Shown one piece after another: positions 28,183 to 37,632 of a stretch of DNA of 46,088 nucleotides. Within the stretch, counting starts at the first letter, position 1. The number at the start of each line of letters is the position of its first letter. Under the pieces are notes generated by a model. That model saw only the letters and a program-made list of their open reading frames with translations, had not been told where the DNA came from and ran no database searches. Source of the stretch: a virus (lineage: Duplodnaviria > Caudoviricetes); IMG/VR virus record IMGVR_UViG_3300030397_000595, positions 1 through 46,088 of that record. One strand, given 5' to 3'. A program made the position numbers and the translations under genes.

Positions 28183-28790
28183 TAGCTTACCTTTACTGTG
28201 GCGTAATCCGCACGAATTTGGGCTTGTAGGGTCGCACCCAAAGTTGACCAATCTGGCAAGTGGTCTTCACGGATGATTGTGTTATGTCGGATGAGTTCTA
28301 CGCCGCTATTCTTTTCTGCATCAAGTACATCAAAGGCAGTCAGATAGAGTTCATCATCGCTTGCTTCGGCTGGCCCAAAGCCACTACCTGCGGTTCGCTC
28401 AGCGAAAGTGCGCCCAATATAGGTTCCGGCCGGGACGCGGATAACACCAGCGTCATAGACAGCTTCATCGTCATCGTCAACTTGTGCTGTCAGTGCTTCA
28501 ACGGATAAGCTGGTTGCTCCGGCTACTGCCGCCGCCGTCAGCCTAGCAAACTTGCCAGTTCCAAAATAGAGGACGGTTCCGTTCGGTATGGGGCCGCTGA
28601 GCGCGTCAACACTAATACTGGTCGCAGTTACCATTGCATTCCCATCAGCAACAACGGTTACGCTCTCATCTCCCGTAAATTGGCTTACGTCAAGTTGGCC
28701 GCCCCCGGCAATGAGTTGGTGTGGCCCAAGCGGTTCACCTGCAAAAGCAGGTGATGAAACTTGGTTGTTAGAGTGTGTCATTTGAGGCAT
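28182..28790 (-). CDS. Head decoration protein
   Basis: Upstream of the capsid gene; GGQLD...VPAGTYIGR; internal repeat ATSISVDAL/ATSLSVEAL. Confidence 0.65.
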   Translation of the reverse strand: MPQMTHSNNQVSSPAFAGEPLGPHQLIAGGGQLDVSQFTGDESVTVVADGNAMVTATSISVDALSGPIPNGTVLYFGTGKFARLTAAAVAGATSLSVEALTAQVDDDDEAVYDAGVIRVPAGTYIGRTFAERTAGSGFGPAEASDDELYLTAFDVLDAEKNSGVELIRHNTIIREDHLPDWSTLGATLQAQIRADYATVKVS

Positions 28791-28794
28791 GTGA

Positions 28795-29559
28795 TTATTG
28801 TCCTTGTAGCTTGTCTTTTACATGACCATACCGACCATTGATGTGGTTATCTACAGCATCGGCTGTCCGAGGTGGGGAACCACTTATGGTTTGTCTTACA
28901 ACCCGTCGAGTGGGTTGGCTTGTGTTTACAACAAGAGACGGTAGGAACGCTTGCCAGTGCTGGCTGGCATACTCGGTTAATCGTATGGCTTCTTCTTGTC
29001 CGGCCGGGGTAATGTAAGGAACAGCTTCCGAAGTACCTTGTTCGTTTTGTTCTTGCCTTACCTCAACCGTATCGGATTCCCTAATAAGAGTAGTTAGCAC
29101 TTCTGGTTGATAATTGAGATCAGTAGCAATGTTTGAGAGCACTTGTTGCCGTTGTAGGTTTGCGTGTTCGTTTTGCAATGTTTCCCAATCACCCGGCGTT
29201 CCTAATTGCTGATAAGAGTCGAACAGGGTCTGCTCGGCGGTGGTAAGAACTCTAGCACCATCTTGGGGCAACTGCCTTTCTAGTTCAGCGATACGCCTAT
29301 CCGCTTGCCGTATTCGTTCACGATAGCCATGATTTTCAGTAAACAGAAGTAGGGCGGCTGACTGTGTGTTGTCGTGGCGTTGCAAAAACCGTTCAAAGCT
29401 AGCGTGTGTGTCTGAGCCTTGATTGTTATTTCCTGCACCGCCGTCAGAGTTACCAGTCCCGGCCCCGGCCGGTGGCTGATCTTCATCAAACCATAGACTG
29501 ATGAATGGAGAGTAAGGCCATAAACGATTAACAGAGAGTTGGTCATGCTTGAATGTCAT
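28795..29559 (-). CDS. Capsid scaffolding protein
   Basis: Gly/Asn-rich N-terminus, ENHGYRERIR coil; between portal and decoration genes. Confidence 0.6.
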   Translation of the reverse strand: MTFKHDQLSVNRLWPYSPFISLWFDEDQPPAGAGTGNSDGGAGNNNQGSDTHASFERFLQRHDNTQSAALLLFTENHGYRERIRQADRRIAELERQLPQDGARVLTTAEQTLFDSYQQLGTPGDWETLQNEHANLQRQQVLSNIATDLNYQPEVLTTLIRESDTVEVRQEQNEQGTSEAVPYITPAGQEEAIRLTEYASQHWQAFLPSLVVNTSQPTRRVVRQTISGSPPRTADAVDNHINGRYGHVKDKLQGQ

Positions 29560-29605
29560 ATGTAATTGAGTCTCCTTGAGATTTTGAGCGTCCCTTGTTC
29601 GCTAC

Positions 29606-29664
29606 AAAAAAAAACACGCCTTAAAGATGAGCTAACCTTGTTCGCTCATCCTCAAGCCGTGTTT
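29606..29664 (-). terminator. Intrinsic terminator in the head-gene leader
   Basis: The - strand reads CACG.CTTGAGGATGAGC...GCTCATCTTTAAG.CGTG followed by 9 U. The G-U pairs form on the - strand. Confidence 0.7.
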
Positions 29665-29866
29665 CTTCGTTCCGGGCGGTAGTGTTTGGTTGGTAAAATC
29701 GCCCTGCGGGGCAGTAGGGGTTGCCTTGCGTTTCCCTACTGCCCTTGCTGACGGGGTGCTGGGCCGTGTAACCCGTCAGCTTTCAACTTATCTTGGGGGC
29801 GATTCGCTCCGGATCAAATCGCCCCATTCTATGGGTTGTATGTTAAAGGCTACCCACTACCCTATC

Positions 29867-29896
29867 ATATTAGCACATGTGTTTTAGTGTGGTCAA
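29867..29896 (-). promoter_or_regulatory. Putative promoter for head genes
   Basis: TTGACC-18 bp-TAATAT with TGn before the -10. Confidence 0.5.
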
Positions 29897-29897
29897 A

Positions 29898-30083
29898 TCA
29901 ACCGCCCTCTTTTTGATGTTCATGTAGCTTCATAACTTTCCATGTAATGCGATCTTGGTGCCGGGTCACAACGAACACGTACTGCCCCGGTTGCAACCCC
30001 ATTACTCTACGCTTGAGTTGTTCACCGTTGTGTCTAACTGTCGTTCTCGGTTTCGCCGTTGGCTTCGCTCGTAGTGTTGCCAT
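29898..30083 (-). CDS. Small basic hypothetical protein
   Basis: Overlaps the portal gene end; LQPGQYVFVV...TWKV. Confidence 0.45.
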   Translation of the reverse strand: MATLRAKPTAKPRTTVRHNGEQLKRRVMGLQPGQYVFVVTRHQDRITWKVMKLHEHQKEGG

Positions 30084-31689
30084 CTTCTTGTTCCTCGCTT
30101 GCTTCTTCTACTCTACGTTGACGCTCATCCTCAATCAACCGCAACTCAGTGTCCGGGTTTTGTATCCCGTGTCGTTGGACGGTAGTGGGTGTGCTTAGAA
30201 GATTGAGTCTCCACGCTTCTCTAGCGTCTTTCGCTTCTTCAATCAGTGGTGGCCCTAAATCAATTCTCATGTTTACATCAATGTCAATATTAGCGTACCG
30301 GCCGGGTTCACCACTCAACTCAGCAGTCAAGGCCAATACGGTTTTTAACAACCACTCCAACGAGTTACTTACCTTACTTTGAATTGGTTCTAGGCGTTTC
30401 AAGAAAACGGTTCGTGCTTCACGACGGCTTTGCGCTGAAGGTGCTCCTTCTCCGGCCAGAAGTATGTATAACAATCCCGCGCCCATGAACAGGCTGGTGA
30501 CTGCGCTTTCCTCAGAATCAATGAACACGTCGCCCGGAGTGGGTTCTTTGTAAACAACACGAGGGGTAGCAAAGCGCGTGTGTCCTTGCTCTGACTCCAT
30601 TTCTAGGCCAGCTATGAAGTTCGTCACGCCCGGCCCAGCCAGAAATGGTTCAGGGCGAAACTCCTCTTTACCTGTATCTGGATTGACTTCAATCTTACCT
30701 GGCATTTGACCGTTAAGTATCGTTCGCTCAAGCATTGATGCCCAATCAAGATTGAGACTGCCGCCCGACTTGGCTTTGTTGACCATCATTTGTGTTCGTT
30801 GCCCTGCACTGTCAATCAACATTGGTAGGCTCAACTCGTGCATAGCCAACTGCCCCCCTAAGTCGAAGTAGCTACTCGTTGTAGTGTCCTCTGTCACTAT
30901 AGCTACCTCACTTAGCGGCTGATCTGCCTCGTCACGTGTAGTTGTCCCATCTTCGCTGGTTGCCTCATCACTCTCTGCTAACCGATGTAGTTCAACTTCC
31001 TCTGTTCGCTCACCTCTTTCATTTACGACTGTGTAGCTATACACGCCTACGGGCTTCATGCTGTTATCAATAAACACCGTTGCCTGTGCTGGTTGTGGCT
31101 TTGATAACCGTACCATGTGTATCGCTTGCCTCGGTTCCCTAATCACAACTTCCCCGTCCTTCTCGGCTGAATCTGACAGAACGGCCGGGTTAATGAATAA
31201 GCGGAAGACACCGCGCGACGTGTTGAGCGCGTCGGCTACAGCCAGTTTCACTACATCTTGTGGCGTTGTCTGCATCAGCTTCCCCGTCGTACTGCTAGGC
31301 TTTTCAGTGATGGCACTCAACTGTTTCCACCACGCATTTAACAGTTCGGTGGCCTCGGCAACCAACTCGCTGGCTTCTTCGCTTGTGTTTTGCGCCATAT
31401 CGTCATTGTGCATAGCACTGTCAACCTCTGTAATTTGCCACTGTACTCGTTGACCCAACAACGCACTGATGTAGTGGTCTACGATCTCCCTAATCACATT
31501 GCGTGATGTAAATGCCCTTTCGAGATTTCGCAATGCACTCTCATAGGATTCATGCGATTCGGGTAACATCGCTCCTGACCAACCATTACCATCTTGCCAA
31601 TGATCTCCGGCGTAGTAGAGAAGGTTTCTCTGTGCTGTTTCTGTTAATTCTTCAATCAGTTTCTTGAGTTCCTCAATAGTGATTTCCAT
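30034..31689 (-). CDS. Portal protein
   Basis: YYAGDHWQ, NVIREIVDH..ALLG, acidic C-terminus; follows terminase. Confidence 0.85.
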   Translation of the reverse strand: MEITIEELKKLIEELTETAQRNLLYYAGDHWQDGNGWSGAMLPESHESYESALRNLERAFTSRNVIREIVDHYISALLGQRVQWQITEVDSAMHNDDMAQNTSEEASELVAEATELLNAWWKQLSAITEKPSSTTGKLMQTTPQDVVKLAVADALNTSRGVFRLFINPAVLSDSAEKDGEVVIREPRQAIHMVRLSKPQPAQATVFIDNSMKPVGVYSYTVVNERGERTEEVELHRLAESDEATSEDGTTTRDEADQPLSEVAIVTEDTTTSSYFDLGGQLAMHELSLPMLIDSAGQRTQMMVNKAKSGGSLNLDWASMLERTILNGQMPGKIEVNPDTGKEEFRPEPFLAGPGVTNFIAGLEMESEQGHTRFATPRVVYKEPTPGDVFIDSEESAVTSLFMGAGLLYILLAGEGAPSAQSRREARTVFLKRLEPIQSKVSNSLEWLLKTVLALTAELSGEPGRYANIDIDVNMRIDLGPPLIEEAKDAREAWRLNLLSTPTTVQRHGIQNPDTELRLIEDERQRRVEEASEEQEDGNTTSEANGETENDS

Positions 31690-31705
31690 GATTACCTCGA
31701 TTACC

Positions 31706-33184
31706 TCATCCTAGTGGGGTTTGATATTGTGATTTACTTGTAACTCGCCGTCGCCCCTTACCTACTTGTCGTTTACGGGTGCTAGGCCAACGCATTCCCG
31801 CTAATCCCACAACATAGCTCATTGCTCTATCGTCTGTCATTCCTTCCGGTGCATGTAACGTCGCTGATTCAATGTTGCCAAGTTCGTCTAATGTTGGCCT
31901 ATCTCGGATGATGGGGTCACCATGCTTAAATGCTGTAGCTCCCATATCAAAGGCCATAGTCTTTTTCTGTGGTGAATTGAGCCAACCGTCTTTATTGTCG
32001 AACGGGTTTCGGTAAACGATGAAGTTGTAGAGTGAACGTAGCTGATAGAGTGCTTGATGCACTGCATGTCCATGATTGTTTCGTTCCACACATATAACTG
32101 CACCATTGAAGAAATGTGCTATTTGTGCCAAGTAGCCAGCAAACACACCCGGCTCGAACAAACCATGAAGGGTAGCTACTTCGCCCCAATCGTTTATGTC
32201 GAACACGGTTACACTACAAGGGGTTGACCCTTCATTACCCTCGCTGGTATCGGCCGCAATGAGATATTTGTGTGTGCGTCGCCTCGCCTCGTAAAGCGTC
32301 AGGCCATTTATGGCTGGTAATTGTGCATCCACTACGGGCTTTGACTCACGGAAACAGGAGGTAAGCCAGTCAGGGTCAAATCGTTTGTTACTCCCCCTAC
32401 CCGCTAATGCTTGCTCTGGCGTTTCGGGATACTCTTGCCATAAGTCATCTTTGGTGTAATCCCGCTTTTGTTTGTTGTACCATGCCTTCGTCCTACCCGG
32501 CCGGGCTGACCACGGAAGAAACACCGGCTTGTAGTCGTTGTCGTTTTTAATCGCGTCTCGCCATATTCTCTTGAACTCGCTCATTGGCTTGTCTTTGTTG
32601 GAAGTAGAAATAAGAATCAACTGACCACCCGCGTCAACCGTAGGCTTAACACCACGTAAGAGCGCGGCTAAGTCGGGCGTGAAATCGGCCTCGTCCACAA
32701 TAGCTAGTGTGGCTGTCTCTGACCGGCCGGAGCCGGGTGTCGTTGGAAACGCTTCAGCTTTGCTCCCTATGCTAAGTTCAAACTCGTGGTCGTTATCTGT
32801 TACAACCGTGCTTTGTAAGAATGGGGGTAAGCGTTCGTGCATTTGTGAGATGCGTTCTAATAACTTGATAGCCTCTTTGTCGCGCTTCGAGAACAAGAGA
32901 ATGATTGAACCCGGCCAGAAAAGAAGCATCCATAGCGCATAACCCACTGCCACCCACGTCAACCCCAACTGCCTAGCCTTTAGTACAATAACGAGGTCGT
33001 TAGCTGTAAAAACATCTAACACCTCGAATTGTGCATCCCACAACTTAAATGGCAACCAATCCAAAACCCCCGGCCGGGGGTCTTGGATTGAGCAGTACGT
33101 ATCAATAAAGTAAGCAGACGAAAGAGCGCACTTAGCGTGTTCCACTTTCATCTGCTGTTCATTCATCATTGTTGTGGTCGTCAT
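31706..33184 (-). CDS. terL: Terminase large subunit
   Basis: Walker A KARQLGLT, Walker B LAIVDEA, ISTS, QEYP, AADTSEG, VERNNHG, DDRAMS. Start uncertain (33184, or slightly downstream). Confidence 0.92.
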   Translation of the reverse strand: MTTTTMMNEQQMKVEHAKCALSSAYFIDTYCSIQDPRPGVLDWLPFKLWDAQFEVLDVFTANDLVIVLKARQLGLTWVAVGYALWMLLFWPGSIILLFSKRDKEAIKLLERISQMHERLPPFLQSTVVTDNDHEFELSIGSKAEAFPTTPGSGRSETATLAIVDEADFTPDLAALLRGVKPTVDAGGQLILISTSNKDKPMSEFKRIWRDAIKNDNDYKPVFLPWSARPGRTKAWYNKQKRDYTKDDLWQEYPETPEQALAGRGSNKRFDPDWLTSCFRESKPVVDAQLPAINGLTLYEARRRTHKYLIAADTSEGNEGSTPCSVTVFDINDWGEVATLHGLFEPGVFAGYLAQIAHFFNGAVICVERNNHGHAVHQALYQLRSLYNFIVYRNPFDNKDGWLNSPQKKTMAFDMGATAFKHGDPIIRDRPTLDELGNIESATLHAPEGMTDDRAMSYVVGLAGMRWPSTRKRQVGKGRRRVTSKSQYQTPLG

Positions 33185-33800
33185 CTCCGGCCGGGAGTTG
33201 TCGGCGCCGCGCCCTCCACTCCTCAAGCTCATCGGCGGCAACTTCAAAATCATCATGAGTAACCACAACAGCATTTGGTGTTTTAGACGCTGTTGTGGTC
33301 GCGGCTCGGTCTAAAATTTCCCTCGCCGCTCGTAGTGCAACATGGTCGTTGGGGCTGTTCATCATCAATTCCACTAGACGATGCGCCGCTTCCTCCGCGC
33401 TGTATTGCAAAATTGTTACTGCCTCAGCTACACGACTGGTTGTCTGTTTGTTGCGCCATGTCCTAGCTAGCTCATATGCGTCATTCAACACCTGAACAAA
33501 TGCAGGATCATCTTGTCGCCACTTCTGGTAAGTCGAGCGGGCGCACGTTGCTTCCATTGCCCAAAATTCCTTTGTATCAAATCCCTGCCCCACTATTCTC
33601 CGCGATACAATAAGCAATGCAGTGTCCTGCTTTTTCGGCGTGTCTAATTTGTTTATCTCGCTGGCGATTGCCTCAGCCAACGTTCGCTTTGGCGGTGGTG
33701 ATGAGTCCAGCGTCGGGTCTAAGCCCCCCTCCTCTACCTTTGGTTCTACCAACTTTGGTTGCACGACTGGCTGTTTAACTACTTCCATGATGGTCTGCAT
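33159..33800 (-). CDS. terS: Terminase small subunit
   Basis: CARSTYQKWRQDDPAF HTH-like, VALRAAREILDR; overlaps terL. Confidence 0.7.
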   Translation of the reverse strand: MQTIMEVVKQPVVQPKLVEPKVEEGGLDPTLDSSPPPKRTLAEAIASEINKLDTPKKQDTALLIVSRRIVGQGFDTKEFWAMEATCARSTYQKWRQDDPAFVQVLNDAYELARTWRNKQTTSRVAEAVTILQYSAEEAAHRLVELMMNSPNDHVALRAAREILDRAATTTASKTPNAVVVTHDDFEVAADELEEWRARRRQLPAGDDDHNNDE

Positions 33801-33871
33801 ATGTACCGTTTTTATTCCGCTTAGTGAAAAAACAAATCACTAACAACGTATAAGTCACTATACGAACTTCC

Positions 33872-34108
33872 TTAGATGACTAAGGGTTCGTACTTATCCA
33901 TATCTTCTAGCTTATACCAAAAACTTCCGCATAGTAGCAGACCTAGTTCCCTACCCGTTAGTTGATTATCCCACCCCATTTGCCTCATGTCATAGGGCGT
34001 TAGCCCTAGTCGTCGCCTGACCTCCGCTTTTGATTTAGCTTTGGCTATCACTCTCGCGTATTGCTTTCCCATTCGGTAAGTATTTGTAGCGTAACCTGTC
34101 AAATTCAT
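33872..34108 (-). CDS. Small basic hypothetical protein
   Basis: ORF with an AGGA RBS. Confidence 0.5.
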   Translation of the reverse strand: MNLTGYATNTYRMGKQYARVIAKAKSKAEVRRRLGLTPYDMRQMGWDNQLTGRELGLLLCGSFWYKLEDMDKYEPLVI

Positions 34109-34127
34109 AGAACACCTGTCCTGTTCA

Positions 34128-34694
34128 TTGTATCATAAGGCCATGTCAAAAATCTATCACCGCTCCAACCGCATGGATTGGGGGACACCCCAATGGGTAA
34201 TCAACTGGCTCAGCCAAGACTATAACCTTCTCCTCGATGTGTGCGCGTGGCCGCATAATCGGAAAGCTCCCTATCATCTATCACCCAATGACGATGGGCT
34301 TTGCGTAAGCTGGCGTGGCTGGCTCGATGGTTGGGGTGCAGATTTAGCACAACACGCTTGTTGGATGAACCCGCCATATGGACGACAAATTGGCCGCTGG
34401 ACGGCCAAAGCCCGCCGCGAAGCGGCGGCTGGTGTTCGCACTGTTGCCCTCCTACCCTCCCGGCCGGACACACGTTGGTGGCGTGACTCCATCCTACAAC
34501 CAATAGAAACCCGCGATGATGACACACTTCGCTGGCGATTGCGTTATCCAGTACGCAATCTCATTGGCCGGGTTTGGTTCGAGGGCGCCGACAATGGAGC
34601 AACGTTCCCCTCGTGCGTGGTTGTGTTCGACAATCGCACCATTGGGGGCGAGACATGGTATTCAACAAAACAACTAAAAGCCATGTACAGCTAG
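34128..34694 (+). CDS. Phage DNA N6-adenine methyltransferase (T1 Dam-like)
   Basis: WGTPQW, LDVCA, WMNPPYG, LLPSRPDTRWW, FPSCVVVF. Start probably ATG 34143. Confidence 0.88.
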   Translation: MYHKAMSKIYHRSNRMDWGTPQWVINWLSQDYNLLLDVCAWPHNRKAPYHLSPNDDGLCVSWRGWLDGWGADLAQHACWMNPPYGRQIGRWTAKARREAAAGVRTVALLPSRPDTRWWRDSILQPIETRDDDTLRWRLRYPVRNLIGRVWFEGADNGATFPSCVVVFDNRTIGGETWYSTKQLKAMYS

Positions 34695-34742
34695 CTGTAC
34701 ATGGCTTCCAACGACTAAAAAAGGGTAGCTCCCCACCCCACC

Positions 34743-35222
34743 CTATTCGTTCATATGAGCAAGCTCTTTGTTGCGTAACCACAACGCCGCACGGTAGATT
34801 ACGTGTGCGTGGCAGTGCTGGTCACTGCGGTCACAGTGGCATAAGAACACTGTGTATTCGTCAATGTGCCGTAGATTTCCTAGCACTGCTTGATTCTCTC
34901 TTTTAATTTGTTCCCAAAGCCATCTACGGTAGCTTTGGGCTTCTTCATCTTTCGATTCCACATGAATCGCATTAGACTTATTGTTTACACTGTATGGGTT
35001 AGCCAATGGGGACTTGCTGAATGCCCAACCCTCTTTCCTCTTGACACCACGCCCCACATAGTTGAGGTGTGCGTGTGGGAAGTTGTGGCGGATTCGACGA
35101 ATGTCGAATTTGTATTTAGCCACGTTCACTATACGTGCTTTAGACGCTAGTGACGTTACAGATACTTGATAAGTCTTTGTCTTTTTTCCATTCTGAACTG
35201 TTCTAACTACTGTGTTTGTCAT
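34743..35222 (-). CDS. DUF4326-family protein
   Basis: YVGRG, SPLANPY, YRRWL, LCHC...CHAHVI; ATG 35222 with GGAGG RBS. Confidence 0.8.
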   Translation of the reverse strand: MTNTVVRTVQNGKKTKTYQVSVTSLASKARIVNVAKYKFDIRRIRHNFPHAHLNYVGRGVKRKEGWAFSKSPLANPYSVNNKSNAIHVESKDEEAQSYRRWLWEQIKRENQAVLGNLRHIDEYTVFLCHCDRSDQHCHAHVIYRAALWLRNKELAHMNE

Positions 35223-35294
35223 TGTGAACCTCCATAGTTCTAAAAATGATTGAATGATGTTGGTGGCTTCCGCCTCCATTCACGACGAAGGGGG

Positions 35295-35810
35295 CCATGA
35301 GGGGGTTCCCTGCTGTCAAGGGGACTGTCTACGGCGAAATGAATTGCGGACGGTCACAGTCAAGAACATATCCTTGACAGTAGGGTACTCATGGTACACT
35401 GGCTTAACTGAGGAGGAGGAAGAAAGCCGCCCTTGTTTGTGCATTTTTCCAATCCCGATAGGGTTGGGAAAATGCACAAACAACTGCCTAGCGTCCCGAT
35501 AGCGAGCGTGGCAGCCCATCTCGGCGCCTTGTCGTTCCATAGAACGACGGTGGGCGATAGCCCACTCCGAACGGTGTTTGCTAACCTAGTTGGTATTGCT
35601 CATCGAAACTGTCAGGTTTGACAGCTCCCACCGGTAAGCACGGTCAGGGCTGACCGTGCGAGCTGTGGCTTAGTTGCCCTGCCCCGCCGCCTAATCAGGG
35701 AAGGGAGCCGAGGCAAGGGGCAGGATTGGACGCGCTTAGGCTCCAAAGCCGTTGCAGTAGCGAACTATTACATCTACAGTGGCATGAAGCCAACGGCTTT
35801 AGGGCGCGGC
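35295..35810 (+). promoter_or_regulatory. Large multi-hairpin element (candidate ssDNA promoter/sso, or ncRNA)
   Basis: At least 8 inverted repeats in an intergenic GC-rich stretch. One long hairpin carries TTGACA in its stem. Confidence 0.6.
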
Positions 35811-35815
35811 CAGAA

Positions 35816-36187
35816 TTAAAACGGACGACGGTACTGGCCCGGCCGTGAGTCGATTTTGCCTAATGGGGGATTAGGATCAGGCTCATCAATGCGTGAAACA
35901 AAAACAGCATTATGCTCGGCATCAGCGGAGACCAGCAAACCGAACAGGTTGGGCGTTAGTGCATAACTATTGAAACGCAACTCGACGCAATCAAAGCGTC
36001 TAGCAAGCCTTAGAATCTGCGTGACAATTTCATGCGGGTAATGTTTTGATCCGCCACCAATACGAAAACGTAAAGCATACATTTCTTTGTTTTGATTATA
36101 TGACAGGGAGGCTATGTCATAAGGGCTTGCACTACGATCAAGAGAGGGCATAGTTTTCACTATAGCAGACTTCCCCCTTGTTACCAA
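35816..36187 (-). CDS. Hypothetical protein
   Basis: ORF between a terminator and the structured element; start uncertain. Confidence 0.45.
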   Translation of the reverse strand: MVTRGKSAIVKTMPSLDRSASPYDIASLSYNQNKEMYALRFRIGGGSKHYPHEIVTQILRLARRFDCVELRFNSYALTPNLFGLLVSADAEHNAVFVSRIDEPDPNPPLGKIDSRPGQYRRPF

Positions 36188-36192
36188 TTAAG

Positions 36193-36220
36193 AAAAAAAG
36201 AGGCTAAATAGCCTCTTTTT
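36193..36220. terminator. Bidirectional intrinsic terminator
   Basis: A-run-GAGGCTA-aa-TAGCCTC-T-run. Confidence 0.7.
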
Positions 36221-36225
36221 ATTGA

Positions 36226-36807
36226 TTACGATGTGAGTTCACGCCGAATGTAGCAGAACGCAGGGGCTGTAATACAAACAAATTGGCGCAATACTTTGTA
36301 GAAGTAAATAAATCTTTGAGTCGGATAATCCTCAAATAAGAGATGATGATGGTACTGCTCAAAGTCTGCGATTGCTTCGCTTAGTTCCTCATAGGTAAAA
36401 GGTGCTTGTTTGTGGACATACTTGTCAGGGACTCCTATCGAAATCATGTCTTGTGAAATTAGATGTTGAGCGAGTTTTATTGGAAATTTCAGATGTAAGG
36501 CTAGCTGAAAAATAAGGAGTTCTAAATCACTATTGTCAATCTTATTAGTTGGTGGGTGTTGCGCTAATGTGTCTTTATATGCGTAATGGATGTTTATACA
36601 TAGTTCACCATATGAACTCCAAAATTTCGCTGAGCGTTTGATTTGTGCGTCACGTTGCCGATAGCCTCTTTGCTGTGCTGTTGCACATTCGGCTATTTGG
36701 GCTATTAGATGATTGGCTGTTATTTCTCCGATTTGGTATCTAGCATAAAACTCAAAGATGTTTTTAAGAGTGATTCGATTGGTTTCGCTTACGTCTGTGG
36801 GTTGCAT
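36226..36807 (-). CDS. Hypothetical helical protein
   Basis: AAGGA RBS; member of the small-gene array. Confidence 0.6.
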   Translation of the reverse strand: MQPTDVSETNRITLKNIFEFYARYQIGEITANHLIAQIAECATAQQRGYRQRDAQIKRSAKFWSSYGELCINIHYAYKDTLAQHPPTNKIDNSDLELLIFQLALHLKFPIKLAQHLISQDMISIGVPDKYVHKQAPFTYEELSEAIADFEQYHHHLLFEDYPTQRFIYFYKVLRQFVCITAPAFCYIRRELTS

Positions 36808-36870
36808 AATGTTTTCCTTATAAGTTACCCGGCCGGGCGGTCAGTTATGATCCTCCGGCCGGGTCGTTAG

Positions 36871-37197
36871 CTATTCGCTTGTGTATTCGAGCCGCCCATG
36901 TATGACTTTTGAAAGAATGGGCGGGGTACTGGTCGGGTTGGCAATCGTATGGCTATGCACTTCATCTACATCTTCCCAGATAGCCGGAATAGGGCTACCT
37001 TGTTGAAGCAAATATTTGGGCTTTACTGCTTCGGCATGTAACAAAGTGGCATACTGGTTACTAAAGTCTTTGAACGGTCTTTGCAAAGTAAGGATGACAA
37101 GAGCCGGGTTCTTTCTTAGTGTGTAAAGATAGTAAACGTTGGGGATAGAGTGCATTAGGAGCAAGTCATCTAGTGTCAAATCAATGTGAGTAATCAT
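36871..37197 (-). CDS. Hypothetical protein, paralog family B
   Basis: LVILTLQRPFKDFSNQYA aligns with the 38633 ORF. Confidence 0.6.
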   Translation of the reverse strand: MITHIDLTLDDLLLMHSIPNVYYLYTLRKNPALVILTLQRPFKDFSNQYATLLHAEAVKPKYLLQQGSPIPAIWEDVDEVHSHTIANPTSTPPILSKVIHGRLEYTSE

Positions 37198-37541
37198 TTT
37201 GTTTTATCCTTCTTCGAGATAATGTTTAATAGCTCAGTCATGTTTTGAATAGGAGTAGTACGATCCTCTATGATAATAAGGTTTACCAAAAGACCTTTTC
37301 TCCAAGAATCATGCACGTCGCTATTCTCGGTTATTATGTGCCTTGAATCAGCATCACTTTTATGGAAGCTACACGTATGGCCGACATAGTAACTCAGCGG
37401 CTGACCTCGTGTCACGATGCCTACAGTATTGTCACGTTTAAGGCAGTAGAACCATTGATGCTTGAACAATTGATGGGGTTGTCTTTTCACTAAAGTGACT
37501 TCCTCAAGAATATTAACTTCGACTTTTATAGTGGGGGACAT
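37194..37541 (-). CDS. Hypothetical protein, paralog family B
   Basis: GIVTRGQPLSYYVGHTCSFH aligns with the 38633 ORF. Confidence 0.6.
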   Translation of the reverse strand: MSPTIKVEVNILEEVTLVKRQPHQLFKHQWFYCLKRDNTVGIVTRGQPLSYYVGHTCSFHKSDADSRHIITENSDVHDSWRKGLLVNLIIIEDRTTPIQNMTELLNIISKKDKTK

Positions 37542-37632
37542 TATTTTTCCTTTGTTGGTTTGTTAGGAGGCGGTCATTTCTGACCGTACTGAAGGGAAGT
37601 AAGCGGCTCTTTAATGATTGGCTTAAAAAGCG

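Noticed and set aside
34110-34121. LexA-like box GAAC-ACCT-GTCC, and a weaker one near 29873
   Set aside because: One to two mismatches to GAAC-N4-GTTC and the host is unknown; too weak to call.
35254-35621. Short ORFs within the hairpin element
   Set aside because: They arise from GC-rich inverted repeats (the same peptide FVHF.NP..GKMHKQ appears on both strands); no RBS.
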